DNA from: Spirochaetia bacterium
GTDB lineage: Bacteria > Spirochaetota > Spirochaetia > B11-G9
Direction: 5' to 3'
NCBI GenBank assembly: GCA_027859095.1
Contig: JAQIBN010000082.1
Location: 1-59,213 of the forward strand
DNA length: 59,213 nt
This document shows positions 1 through 9,627 of the stretch, one piece after another. The notes under the pieces are model-generated. The model was not told the origin of the DNA, made no database searches, and saw nothing but the letters and a program-made list of their open reading frames with translations. Numbering within the stretch: position 1 is the first letter of the stretch; every line of letters begins with the position of its first letter. Position numbers and translations under genes: made by a program.

Positions 1-25
1 TATGAGAAAAAAGATCAAGAATAAA

Positions 26-466
26 TTAGGATTCCAACCCCATTATCTTGTCTACACGTCTCTGATGTCTGCCACCCTCAAAGTCAGCATCAATAAAAGC
101 ATCTATCATATCATTTACAGAATCCTGATATTCAATTCTACCACCAAATGCTATAAAATTTGCATTATTATGAACCTTTGACATTTCTGATCCAAAAATA
201 TTTTGTGGAAGGGCACAGCGTATTCCGTCTACTTTATTTGCAGACATACTAATTCCTATTCCAGTGCCACAACAAACTATTCCAAATTCATAATTGCCTG
301 TTAAGAACTCTTTGCAGGTTTTTTCGGCCATATCCGGATAATCTACAGATTCAGCACTGTCGACTCCCATGTTCTTTACAGAAAAACCTCTTGTTTGAAG
401 ATGTTTTATAATATTAGCCTTTAACTCATAAGCGCCGTGATCTGCACCAATTACAACTTTTGCCAT
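26..466 (-). CDS. rpiB: Ribose-5-phosphate isomerase B (RpiB/LacAB family)
   Basis: 146-aa ORF. N-terminus MAKVVIGADHGAYELK and the CCGTGIGISMSANK active-site region are typical of RpiB. Confidence 0.9.
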   Translation of the reverse strand: MAKVVIGADHGAYELKANIIKHLQTRGFSVKNMGVDSAESVDYPDMAEKTCKEFLTGNYEFGIVCCGTGIGISMSANKVDGIRCALPQNIFGSEMSKVHNNANFIAFGGRIEYQDSVNDMIDAFIDADFEGGRHQRRVDKIMGLES

Positions 467-501
467 GTTGTCTCCCTAAATAAGTTTTGTTTGTTGTGAT
501 A

Positions 502-885
502 TTACCCAACTCCTTCGTAATGTTCAATATGCTTTATGTTGTTAGAACTATCCAGCACAATACAAACAGCATCCAGTCTGGCCAGACCGTCATAATGATT
601 AAATGCTATATATAGTTCTGCAGTATTTCTCATTCGGCGTAGTTTCTTTTTAGTAAGCGAATCTTCGGGCATTCCGTTGTCGTCTTTGGACTTTGTTCTG
701 ACTTCTACAAAAACAAGATATTCATTTTGTCTGGCTAAAATATCAATATCAGAATGACCAATCATATAATTTGTTTTTAATATCTGGTAACCTGATTTTT
801 CCAAAAAATCTACAGCAATATTTTCACCCTTTTTACCCAGCTCTATTTTTCTCCTGGAATTGTTAAACTGAAAATCATCACTCAT
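502..885 (-). CDS. YraN/UPF0102 family endonuclease-like protein
   Basis: 127 aa. GKKGENIAVDFLEKSGYQIL ... DIDILA ... LVFVEVRTKS matches the YraN restriction-endonuclease-like pattern. 4-nt overlap with the upstream comM. Confidence 0.8.
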   Translation of the reverse strand: MSDDFQFNNSRRKIELGKKGENIAVDFLEKSGYQILKTNYMIGHSDIDILARQNEYLVFVEVRTKSKDDNGMPEDSLTKKKLRRMRNTAELYIAFNHYDGLARLDAVCIVLDSSNNIKHIEHYEGVG

Positions 886-2411
886 TCGATAGCTCCAGGT
901 CTGTATTGAAGTGCTTCTGCAATATGCTTCTCTTTAACCTGTTCTTGCTTTTCCAGATCTGCAATTGTTCTCGCAATTTTAATTATTTTCAGATAAGACC
1001 TTGCAGATAGTTGAAAAATTTTCGCTGCATCTATTAGCATTGTTTTAGAGTTTGAATCCAGAGGTACATATTTTCTAATAAGTCTGTTTTTCATTTCAGA
1101 ATTTGTATGGATCAACTCCCCATCAAATCGCTGCTGTTGAGTTGCTCTGGCTATGGCAATTCTATTTCTTATTATAATGGAAGTTTCATTATTATTTGAA
1201 TTATTAAACCCTTTTGCAAGTTTCTTTATATCCACAACCGGTACATCAACATGAAGATCTATCCTGTCTAAAATTGGTCCGGAAAGCTTTTTACTGTACC
1301 GGATAATTTCTCTTTTAGTACAGGTACACACTTTTGAGTCATCATTTAAATAACCGCAGGGGCAGGGGTTAGCTGCGGCTACAAGCATAAATTGTGATGG
1401 ATAGGTAACTCTTTCAAGACTTCTTGATATGGTTAATTTACCATCTTCCATGGGTTGCCTCAATGCCTCAATTACAGAACGTGGAAATTCATTAAACTCA
1501 TCCAGAAAAAGTACGCCTCTGTGAGCTAAACTAATCTCTCCAGGTTGAGGGTGAGTACCCCCTCCTACAAGGCCAGCTTGTGAAATGATATGATGAGGTG
1601 ATCTGAAGGGGCGTGTTGTAATTAAGGATCCTCCAGGTGGTATATTACCAGCACTTGAATATATTTTTGTTACTTCCAATGATTCTTCATCATTTAAAAG
1701 TGGCAGAATACCGGGAAGTGCTCTTGCCAGCATTGTTTTCCCGGATCCAGGAGATCCTATCATAAGTAAATTATGACCTCCGGCAGCAGCAATTTCCATT
1801 GCTCTTTTTGCCTGTTCCTGTCCAAGTACTTCGGACATATCGAAATCAACTATCATTATGTTTCTTGATACAGGAACCTTGTAACTTGTTGGCAAAATTT
1901 CAAGTTCTGAATCAAAGTAGAGTATTAATTGATTAAGATTTTTTATAGGATAAACATTTATCCCTTTTACAACAGAGGCCTCATTGGCAGATCCTTCGGG
2001 AACAAAAATTGAGTCCATATTGTTTTCTTTTGCAAAAAGAGCAGCCAGTAAAGCTCCCTTTGTGTGCCTGAGAGAACCATCAAGGGAAAGTTCACCAAAG
2101 AATATGGAGTTTTTAGGTATAGAAAATCCATTTATATCAGAGAGTATTCCTACAGCAATGGGAAGGTCATAAAACGCTCCGTATTTAGGAACATCTCCTG
2201 GAGCAAGATTTACTGTAATTCTACGAAGGGGGAATTTTAATTTTGTGTTTATTAATGCAGTTCTTACTCTCTCCCTGCTTTCTGCTACAGCCTTATTAGG
2301 AAGTCCAACAATTTCAAAAGTTGGAAGCCCTTTGTCTGCAATATTCACCTCTACGTCGATTCTTATAGTTGTTAATCCCGAGAAAGAGACTGATGTTACC
2401 TTATAAAGCAT
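882..2411 (-). CDS. comM: YifB/ComM family Mg-chelatase-like AAA+ ATPase
   Basis: 509 aa. Lon-like N-domain, Walker A GSPGSGKT, ChlI-like core (GVLFLDEFNEF) and a C-terminal domain. Sits in the classical yraN-comM-dprA neighbourhood. Confidence 0.9.
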   Translation of the reverse strand: MLYKVTSVSFSGLTTIRIDVEVNIADKGLPTFEIVGLPNKAVAESRERVRTALINTKLKFPLRRITVNLAPGDVPKYGAFYDLPIAVGILSDINGFSIPKNSIFFGELSLDGSLRHTKGALLAALFAKENNMDSIFVPEGSANEASVVKGINVYPIKNLNQLILYFDSELEILPTSYKVPVSRNIMIVDFDMSEVLGQEQAKRAMEIAAAGGHNLLMIGSPGSGKTMLARALPGILPLLNDEESLEVTKIYSSAGNIPPGGSLITTRPFRSPHHIISQAGLVGGGTHPQPGEISLAHRGVLFLDEFNEFPRSVIEALRQPMEDGKLTISRSLERVTYPSQFMLVAAANPCPCGYLNDDSKVCTCTKREIIRYSKKLSGPILDRIDLHVDVPVVDIKKLAKGFNNSNNNETSIIIRNRIAIARATQQQRFDGELIHTNSEMKNRLIRKYVPLDSNSKTMLIDAAKIFQLSARSYLKIIKIARTIADLEKQEQVKEKHIAEALQYRPGAIE

Positions 2412-3279
2412 TTTTACCGACCTTTATCAAATAATATTTCCCTTCGTTCAAGGAGAGAGATTTTTTTAGAGAGAGTAATGTAAGTTCTGCTCCAATTTCC
2501 GATATCTTTTTCCCGGCCAATCTGGCAATATCATCAATTCCCAGGGGTTCATCTTCCAGATATTGTAAAATTTTTACCTGGGTTTTATTTAAGCCATACG
2601 ATTCTTTTTTCGAAAAAAGTTCATCTTGTTCAGCTCTCCCGTATTCAGATAGTATATCTTGTGTATTTGTTACAATTTTTGCGCCATGCTTAATTAATAA
2701 ATTTGTCCCCATAGATACTGAGCTTAAGAGGGATCCGGGCACTGCATAAATAGTTTTATTATATTTTTTTGCAATTTTTGCTGTAATTAGAGCTCCACTT
2801 TTTACTCCTGCTTCTACTACAAGTAGTATTGGTGATAACCCTGCTATAATTCTGTTACGCCTGGGGTAGGTCCAAAGGGCTGGAGGTGTATCTCCAGGAT
2901 ACTCTGATACTATAAGGCCATTATTTTTTATTATGCTTTCATATAAATTAGCCTGATATTCCGGATGGATTGTATCTATTCCACAGGGCATAACTGCAAT
3001 TGTTATTCCTCCGGTTTCAACTGCAGCGGTATGGGCTCTGGCATCTACCCCATACATGAAACCTGAAACAATTGTTATTCCTGCACTTGCAAGAGCAGAA
3101 ACTATATTATCAGTAATATTTCCGCCATAGACAGTCATTTTCCTGGAACCTACAACACTTAGAGTTTCTTTAAAAATATCTGTATTCCATTTTTTTTTGA
3201 AATATAATTTTGGCGGTGGATCTTTAATCATTTTTAATAGATATGGATATTCATTGCTGTTGATATCAACATAGTTCAT
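2401..3279 (-). CDS. dprA: DNA-processing protein DprA/Smf
   Basis: 292 aa. DprA Rossmann core (VSGFMYGVDARAHTAA, GITIAVMPCGID, RNRIIAGLS) plus a C-terminal winged-helix tail. Confidence 0.9.
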   Translation of the reverse strand: MNYVDINSNEYPYLLKMIKDPPPKLYFKKKWNTDIFKETLSVVGSRKMTVYGGNITDNIVSALASAGITIVSGFMYGVDARAHTAAVETGGITIAVMPCGIDTIHPEYQANLYESIIKNNGLIVSEYPGDTPPALWTYPRRNRIIAGLSPILLVVEAGVKSGALITAKIAKKYNKTIYAVPGSLLSSVSMGTNLLIKHGAKIVTNTQDILSEYGRAEQDELFSKKESYGLNKTQVKILQYLEDEPLGIDDIARLAGKKISEIGAELTLLSLKKSLSLNEGKYYLIKVGKNAL

Positions 3280-3381
3280 TGATTTCCCCTTTACATATCC
3301 AGTATGGGGAATTTTGTAATTTTGCTTCAGGAGGTTTGTATAATAATTATTTTATAAATATTTTATGTGGTGAACAGGACT

Positions 3382-4773
3382 TTACAAAACCAATTTACGA
3401 ATTTCTGACACCATATAAAAGGATCCTGTAACCAATACAGGGAATTTACTTCCAGCTAGTTCAAGAGCTTTGTTATACGCTTCAGCAGGATCGAGGATTA
3501 GCTCCACTGTGTCACTATATATTTTGAATATTTTATATACTTCCATAGGATAGCTTTCCTTAAATGTTCCGGGAGTAGAAATTATTATATTATCAAAATG
3601 AGGTGCAAGAAGTTTAGCCATATCGGTCGGATTTTTATCAGCTACAGATCCAAATATAAGTGTTCCTTTCCTTTTGAAAATACTATTCCATGATTCCAAA
3701 AGCCGATTGATAGATACAGGAGTGTGGGCTCCGTCAAAGACTAAGTTTATTCCATGCTTTGATATAATTTCGAATCGTCCAGGAAGTTTAGCCTTATTAA
3801 TCCCCTCTATTAAAAGATTTTTTACACTAATATCTGGTTGTAATAATTCCAGTAGTACAAGCCAGGCCAGAAGCGCATTTTCTGCTTGAACAGCACCGAT
3901 TGTAGTTAGATTAAAATGATTTTTTTCATTAGTAGCCATTATAAATGAAACTTCTGTACCAATTTCAGAAACTGATATCTCAATATTCTCTATTCGCTCA
4001 TTAAGAGTTATCAGAGAAGCTTTCATAGTTTGTGCTTTTTCTTTAATAACAGTAGAAGGGCTTTCTAACTGTTTCCCTGAAAAAACAGGTGTTTTAAACT
4101 TTATAATGCCAGCTTTTTCAGAGGCTATTTTTTCTATAGTATCTCCAAGAATATCCGCATGTTCCATTTCAATATGGGTAATAACAGATGCTTCTGGCAT
4201 AATAACATTTGTGGCATCCAGGCGCCCACCAATGCCAGTTTCAATTACGGCCCAGGTACATCCTGCTTTCTTAAAAATTAAAAATGCCATTAAAGTAAGA
4301 AGTTCAAAGGTTGTTGGTTCTTCACTTCCTGTTTTCTCTTCCAGAATAAAGGATTTTATTCCTTCAGCTATTTCAATAGCAGTTTCAATGTAGAGTGAAT
4401 CATTAAAAAAATGTCCTCCTAAAGAAATTCTTTCTCTATAATCGCTAATATGAGGAGAAGAATATAAACCTGTTTTTTCCCCGGTAGTATTCAAAGCTGA
4501 AGCTATAAACATTGCTGTAGATCCTTTTCCCTTTGAACCTGCAAGATGAATAGTTTTAAATGCTTTATCAGGGTTTCCAAAATGATCCATAAGTTTTTTC
4601 ATTCTATCCAGACGGTAATCTCTTATGGTTTGTTTTTTTGATTTTTCAAAATTTATAAATGAACCTATAAAATCAAAAGCATCCTCTGTTGTAAGGAAAT
4701 CTTTACTCAATTTAATTTTTCCCCCGTAATTTAAGAGCATTCCCATGAGTTTCAAATCCTTCATAATCTGCAA
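3382..4773 (-). CDS. folC: Folylpolyglutamate synthase/dihydrofolate synthase (Mur ligase family)
   Basis: P-loop HLAGSKGKGST and FolC-type central and C-terminal domains. The true start is probably an internal Met (about 4740-4746), because the longest ORF overlaps the hisD 3' end by 62 nt. Confidence 0.85.
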   Translation of the reverse strand: MQIMKDLKLMGMLLNYGGKIKLSKDFLTTEDAFDFIGSFINFEKSKKQTIRDYRLDRMKKLMDHFGNPDKAFKTIHLAGSKGKGSTAMFIASALNTTGEKTGLYSSPHISDYRERISLGGHFFNDSLYIETAIEIAEGIKSFILEEKTGSEEPTTFELLTLMAFLIFKKAGCTWAVIETGIGGRLDATNVIMPEASVITHIEMEHADILGDTIEKIASEKAGIIKFKTPVFSGKQLESPSTVIKEKAQTMKASLITLNERIENIEISVSEIGTEVSFIMATNEKNHFNLTTIGAVQAENALLAWLVLLELLQPDISVKNLLIEGINKAKLPGRFEIISKHGINLVFDGAHTPVSINRLLESWNSIFKRKGTLIFGSVADKNPTDMAKLLAPHFDNIIISTPGTFKESYPMEVYKIFKIYSDTVELILDPAEAYNKALELAGSKFPVLVTGSFYMVSEIRKLVL

Positions 4774-6016
4774 GTGTAATTACATGATCTTTAAAGTTTT
4801 CGTAACCATTTTTATCAACATAAACTACTGAGGAGTATTTAATAAAATCTCTTACAGAGACAGCTGAATAAGTTTTTGCATTTCCACCTGTAGGTAATAC
4901 TGCGTTTACACCTGTTACATAGTTTGCAGCAGAAAATGGTATGTTTTCTCCCAGAAGAATTTCCCCTGCATTTTTTATTAATGAAAGGGTTGAGAAGGGT
5001 TCTTTTGTTTTTAACTGCAAGTGTTCAGGAGCAAATGCATTAACAAGATCTGCACCTTTTTCAATACTTGAAACAAGAAATATTGCACCATAGCCCTTAA
5101 AAACATCAGAAACAAATGTTTTTCGAGGTTCGGAGAGGTTAGAAATTAATTTTTCGATATAATTTGCCGTAGTTTCTGCCGTTTTCTTAGAATTTGTTAC
5201 AAGTATGGCTGAAGAATCTGATCCATGTTCCGCCTCTACAAGAAGATCCAAAGCTAAGTTCCAGGGATCAGCATTCCCATCTGCAAGAATAATTGATTCA
5301 CTTGGGCCAGCCGGCAGACCCACATCCACAGTACCATACAGTAAACGTTTTGCAGCAGTAACGTACATAGAGCCTGGCCCTGTTATTTTATGTACGGCTT
5401 TTATACTTTCTGTCCCGTAAGCAAGTGCTGCTATACCATGAGCTCCTCCTACACGGTAAACTTCATCAATGCCACAGAGTTTAGCAGCATATAAACAGCC
5501 TGGATCAACCTCTCCATTTTCTCCGGGAGGGGTTATAACACAGACCCTTTCAACTCCGGCAACTGCTGCCGGTATGGCAAGCATATAGAGCATAGACGGG
5601 AAACTCCCTCGTCCTCTGGGTACATATAGACCAGCAGATTCTATGGGTATTGCCTTTTCTCCTGCGAAAAGACCTGGTCTGAGCTCATCAAAGTTCATGG
5701 AAGAAGGTTTTTGGGTTTCGTGAAATTTTTTAATATTTGTTACAGCATATCTTAGTGCCTTTTGAACTTTTTTTGGAAGAATTTTTTCAGCGGATTCGAA
5801 TTCCTCTTCTGATACCTTTATGGTTTTACTTGTTAAATCTATTCCGTCAAATTGCAGAGTATAATCCAGAAGGGCTTTATCACCTTTATCTTTTACTGTT
5901 TTTATAATTTCTAATACAGATTCCATCACCTCTGAAATATCTGACTCTGAGCGTTTCATAAAAAAGTCTTTTTTCTTCTGTGTCAGGTCATCCCATACTA
6001 AAATTTCCGGTTTCAT
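4712..6016 (-). CDS. hisD: Histidinol dehydrogenase
   Basis: 434 aa. HisD signatures (GPGSMYVTAAKR, LLVEAEHGSDS, APEHLQL). No other his genes are adjacent. Confidence 0.9.
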   Translation of the reverse strand: MKPEILVWDDLTQKKKDFFMKRSESDISEVMESVLEIIKTVKDKGDKALLDYTLQFDGIDLTSKTIKVSEEEFESAEKILPKKVQKALRYAVTNIKKFHETQKPSSMNFDELRPGLFAGEKAIPIESAGLYVPRGRGSFPSMLYMLAIPAAVAGVERVCVITPPGENGEVDPGCLYAAKLCGIDEVYRVGGAHGIAALAYGTESIKAVHKITGPGSMYVTAAKRLLYGTVDVGLPAGPSESIILADGNADPWNLALDLLVEAEHGSDSSAILVTNSKKTAETTANYIEKLISNLSEPRKTFVSDVFKGYGAIFLVSSIEKGADLVNAFAPEHLQLKTKEPFSTLSLIKNAGEILLGENIPFSAANYVTGVNAVLPTGGNAKTYSAVSVRDFIKYSSVVYVDKNGYENFKDHVITLADYEGFETHGNALKLRGKN

Positions 6017-6128
6017 AACTATCCTCTTTTATTATTCTTCAAAAAAATACTCTATAATAGTCTTTCTATCTGGTCAATGTTGTTTGGTGACTGATAAAAT
6101 GTAAGAGAACAGCCAGGAGAGTGTAAAG

Positions 6129-6818
6129 GTGAAAATTGAAGGTTATCAATTGGAAAAAACAGATACAGATTGCCCTTATCTTGAGAACCGTATATTTACC
6201 AGTAATAATCTTATTGTCAATTCTTTTGATGATGAGGGGCTTGAGACTTTTTTGGGGAATGGTTTCAGGCATTTTGGAGAATATTTTTTTAGACCAGAAT
6301 GCAATTTATGCAATGAGTGTCAACCTATAAGAGTTCCTGTAAAAAAATTTAACTTTTCCCGGTCTGGAAAAAGAGTATTGAAGAAAAATGCTCATTTCAC
6401 TGTTAAATTATTAGATAAACCTGATGCAGATATAAGATATTTTAACCTTTATAAAGAGCATAAAAGAAGATTTGCGGAAAGGGAAGTAGAGTCCTATGAA
6501 AATTGGGTTAGTTCATTTTTTTCTAAATTTAATACCAGTTATTTAATGGAAATAATTGATGGTGATATTCTTGTAGGAGTAACACATCTTGATGTTACAA
6601 AAAATATTATTTCTGCTGTATATTGTTACTGGAATGAAGCCTATGCTTCTTTTAGCCCTGGTAAATTTTCAATTCTTAAGGGAATAAGGTATGCACAGGA
6701 ATTAGGTAAAGAGTATTATTATCTGGGGTATTTTATTAAGGAGAATTTACATATGTCCTATAAGGTTAACTATAAGCCTAATGAGATACTGAAAGATGGG
6801 GTTTGGGGTTATAATTAA
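6129..6818 (+). CDS. bpt: Arginyl-tRNA-protein transferase-like / aspartate-glutamate leucyltransferase (Bpt/ATE family)
   Basis: 229 aa with a GTG start. Has the N-terminal CPYL...C..C..C cluster and the C-terminal ATE domain (YYYLGYFI, MSYK..YKP). Confidence 0.8.
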   Translation: MKIEGYQLEKTDTDCPYLENRIFTSNNLIVNSFDDEGLETFLGNGFRHFGEYFFRPECNLCNECQPIRVPVKKFNFSRSGKRVLKKNAHFTVKLLDKPDADIRYFNLYKEHKRRFAEREVESYENWVSSFFSKFNTSYLMEIIDGDILVGVTHLDVTKNIISAVYCYWNEAYASFSPGKFSILKGIRYAQELGKEYYYLGYFIKENLHMSYKVNYKPNEILKDGVWGYN

Positions 6819-6885
6819 CAGTAAACAGTTATCATTACTAAAACCAGGTAATAAGTTTAGGCTAAGGATATGATCCTTCAACAAG

Positions 6886-6924
6886 GGTTCATTGCCGAGA
6901 AGTGAGCTTGCGAACGACCAGGCC
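6886..6924 (+). repeat. GC-rich dispersed intergenic repeat, copy C (ggttcattgccgagaagtgagcttgcgaacgaccaggcc)
   Basis: Aligns with copies at 11049, 33821, 47467, 47551 and 58378. Shared frame is GGTTGCATAGCCGAGCAG-N12/13-GACCAGG. Confidence 0.8.
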
Positions 6925-7072
6925 TGTTCTTTAATGGACTGCAACTACAATCGGTGGTGCTAATTTGATTAGTGAAGCAAATAATATCAAGTACTATTGG
7001 GATGGTATTAAGCATACCTGTAACATTGTTTTTTATTATTGTACTTGTCATACTACAGAGTAGGTAATAATC

Positions 7073-7402
7073 TTAAACAGAAATTATATTGTGCTTCTCA
7101 AGAAAATTTTTCTCTTGTTCCAGAATCTGCAAAATCCTTTTAGCAGAACCGTTGGGTTTATTCCTTCCCGTTTCCCATGCTTCAACAGTTTTTATAGATA
7201 CCCCTAATGCCGCAGCAAAAATTGTTTGAGATAGATTTAATTGATTCCGGATATCTTTTACTTTTTTACCATCAAAGTCAGGTAGTGGTGCGATCGATAC
7301 CTTGCGTCTTTTTGCAGAGGGCAAACTACCTTTTGTATATTCCAGACCTTGATTAAGTCCAGATATAATACTGTCAAAAGCAGGATTGTTCTTTTTTCTC
7401 AT
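7073..7402 (-). CDS. higA: HigA-2-like XRE-family HTH antitoxin
   Basis: 109 aa. C-terminal XRE HTH (IRNQLNLSQTIFAAALGVSIKTVEAWETG). 4-nt overlap with the upstream toxin, in the toxin-first HigBA order. Confidence 0.8.
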   Translation of the reverse strand: MRKKNNPAFDSIISGLNQGLEYTKGSLPSAKRRKVSIAPLPDFDGKKVKDIRNQLNLSQTIFAAALGVSIKTVEAWETGRNKPNGSAKRILQILEQEKNFLEKHNIISV

Positions 7403-7746
7403 AAATTGTTCCCTCTTAAAATATTCTTTATATCAGTAATGATAACCTTAACAGCTTTCTTCTCTTCCTGAGAAAGACTGACTTTGACACTTTTAGGAAA
7501 ACAGGTAATAAGATAGATTTTTTCATAAAAAGGAAAATCTACATATAGTATACGAATTCCTCCGCTTTTCCCTTTTCCTGGTAAATTCCAGCGGAATTTC
7601 CTTAAACCACCTGTACCCTGTATCATACTGCCTACTTCCGGATATTCACAAAGGAAAGCTTCAAATTCTCTTTGTTGTAAATCTTTCAGACCACACTTAT
7701 CCCATTGCTTGTCAAACTCAGGCATATAAATAAACTCTCGTGTCAT
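7399..7746 (-). CDS. higB: HigB-2-like (RelE superfamily) toxin
   Basis: 115 aa. The motif GSMIQGTGGLRKFRWNLPGKGKSGGIRILYV closely resembles the Vibrio HigB-2 type motif (GDVIQGTGGLRKIR..KGKGKRGG.RIIYY, recalled from memory). Confidence 0.8.
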   Translation of the reverse strand: MTREFIYMPEFDKQWDKCGLKDLQQREFEAFLCEYPEVGSMIQGTGGLRKFRWNLPGKGKSGGIRILYVDFPFYEKIYLITCFPKSVKVSLSQEEKKAVKVIITDIKNILRGNNL

Positions 7747-7751
7747 ACTTA

Positions 7752-7780
7752 AATATAATCCCTATATAATAGGGTGTCAA
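7752..7780 (-). promoter_or_regulatory. Putative sigma70 promoter of higBA with a palindromic operator in the spacer
   Basis: Minus strand reads TTGACA-17 nt-TATATT, followed by 5 nt and then the ATG. The 17-nt spacer contains the 15-nt palindrome CCCTATTATATAGGG (7760-7774). Confidence 0.55.
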
Positions 7781-7903
7781 GAGAAGGCTATTTTATATTA
7801 CACTCTTCAAACAGACTCCCAACAAACTACCCAATGTCATATAATTCTTGCGCTTTACACGCAATCCGGTTATATTATAATAAACCTAAAACAGGAGAAA
7901 ATA

Positions 7904-9622
7904 ATGTATAAAAACAGAGAGCCATGGAAAGATCTTGAAGTATATAAAGGAAAATATTTTTCGGGTGAATGGCCGACACTACCTGAATTATTTAATATAA
8001 CAACAGATCGTTTTCCCGAAAGAAGGTGTTTTTCCACTTATGAGCCTGATTTGTTTTTTACTTATAAGGAAGCTCACACTAAAATACTAGCTGTCTCCAA
8101 TTATTTGAAAAAAATTGGAGTTAAAAAGGGTGATAAAGTAGCTGTTTCCGGTAAAAATTCACCTGAATGGAGCATTGCTTATCTATCAATTATGTTTGCT
8201 GGTGCAACAGTAGTTCCTCTTGATTATCAGCTGCATTCAGAAGAAATTGCAGCATTGTTAGATTTTTCCGGTGTTTCAATTCTCTTTCTGGATGAAGAAA
8301 AATTTGATGAAATAGGGAGATTGAAAAGTAATATTAATCTTATATCGCTGGCTCCGGATAAAAAAAATTATATTCTAAATTTAGAAGATTCTGGTGAAAT
8401 CCCCGGAGATTTGCCGAATGAAAACGATCTGGCAGCTATTCTTTTTACTTCCGGAACCACAGGTAATCAAAAAGGGGTTATGTTAACCCAGAGTAATTTT
8501 GTAAGTGACTGTTTTTTGTCCCAGGGCCACATGGCCTTGTCTGAAAATGATGTATTTTATGCTCTTCTTCCACTTCATCATTCCTATTCTATGTTAGCAG
8601 TTTTTATTGAAGCAATATCTGTAGGTGCAGAAATAGTATTTGCAAAAAAACTTGTTGTTACTCAAATACTAAAGGATCTTAAAATTGGAAATGTGACAAT
8701 GTTTCTTGCTATTCCAATGTTGTTTAATAAAATGCTCAAAGCTTTAATGAATGGAATTAAAGAAAAGGGTATAGTAATTTATGGAATAATTAAATTTTTA
8801 ATGTTTATAAGTGGAATAATCAAAAAAACAACCGGCAAAAATCCTGGTAAGAAAATGTTTAAAGGTTTACTTGCGAAGTTGTCTTTAGATACAAACCGTA
8901 TTTGTATTTGTGGTGGCGGCCCTCTTCCCTCTTCCACGTTTAAAATGTTTAATCAACTTGGAATAGATTTTGTTCAGGGCTATGGTCTGACTGAAACCTC
9001 TCCTATTATTGCCCTTAATCCTGTTGAACATTACAAAGAAGATTCTGTAGGTGCCTTAACTCCTCATACAGAGATGAAAATTCAGGATCCTGATGAAACA
9101 GGTTCCGGTGAAATACTTGTAAAAGGCCCTATGGTTATGCAGGGTTATTATAAAAACAAAGATGCCACAGATGAGATATTTACTGAAGATGGATGGCTGA
9201 AAACCGGCGATGTTGGTTACCTGGATGATGAAAATTTCTTATACCTTACAGGTAGAAAAAAATCTTTAATTGTGACCGAAGGCGGAAAGAATGTCTTTCC
9301 CGAAGAGATAGAAGATCATTTTCAGCTGTTTGATGAGATTGAACAGGTATTGGTAAGGGGATATGTTCTTGATGGTAAAATGAAAACTGAAGGAATAGAG
9401 GCTTTGTTCTTTCCAAATGAAGAGTTTCAAAAGAAACAGTTTGAAAAGGCTGGTCTTGAATATAACAAAAAAAATATTAAGATTGAATTTGATAAAGTAA
9501 TAGAACAGGTAAACAGAGAACTTCTGCCTTATAAAAGAATATCAAGACTGAGAGTTCTTGATGAAGCCATGGAGATGACAACAACCAAGAAAATTAAAAG
9601 ATTTAAGGTTTCAGCCGATTAG
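7904..9622 (+). CDS. Long-chain fatty acid-CoA ligase (AMP-forming, ANL superfamily)
   Basis: 572 aa. AMP-binding motif ILFTSGTTGNQKGVMLTQ, plus GYGLTETS and GWLKTGDVGY. Confidence 0.85.
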   Translation: MYKNREPWKDLEVYKGKYFSGEWPTLPELFNITTDRFPERRCFSTYEPDLFFTYKEAHTKILAVSNYLKKIGVKKGDKVAVSGKNSPEWSIAYLSIMFAGATVVPLDYQLHSEEIAALLDFSGVSILFLDEEKFDEIGRLKSNINLISLAPDKKNYILNLEDSGEIPGDLPNENDLAAILFTSGTTGNQKGVMLTQSNFVSDCFLSQGHMALSENDVFYALLPLHHSYSMLAVFIEAISVGAEIVFAKKLVVTQILKDLKIGNVTMFLAIPMLFNKMLKALMNGIKEKGIVIYGIIKFLMFISGIIKKTTGKNPGKKMFKGLLAKLSLDTNRICICGGGPLPSSTFKMFNQLGIDFVQGYGLTETSPIIALNPVEHYKEDSVGALTPHTEMKIQDPDETGSGEILVKGPMVMQGYYKNKDATDEIFTEDGWLKTGDVGYLDDENFLYLTGRKKSLIVTEGGKNVFPEEIEDHFQLFDEIEQVLVRGYVLDGKMKTEGIEALFFPNEEFQKKQFEKAGLEYNKKNIKIEFDKVIEQVNRELLPYKRISRLRVLDEAMEMTTTKKIKRFKVSAD

Positions 9623-9627
9623 TAATT

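Noticed and set aside
1984-2172. Short or antisense ORFs in the six-frame track that lie inside longer, well-supported genes. Examples: 1984-2172, 3674-3889, 4106-4393, 5205-5420, 13006-13347, 14895-15233, 25689-26258, 26649-27008, 38393-38677, 43307-43747, 52530-53327.
   Set aside because: Each is fully embedded opposite or out of frame to a CDS with strong family motifs. Their products are low-complexity or Ser/Pro/Ile-rich, typical of shadow ORFs in AT-rich DNA. None has start-site context or a recognisable domain.
6066-6272. 68-aa minus-strand ORF in the hisD-bpt divergent region.
   Set aside because: It overlaps the 5' end of bpt on the opposite strand. It has no ribosome-binding context and its hydrophobic low-complexity sequence is typical of AT-rich noise.
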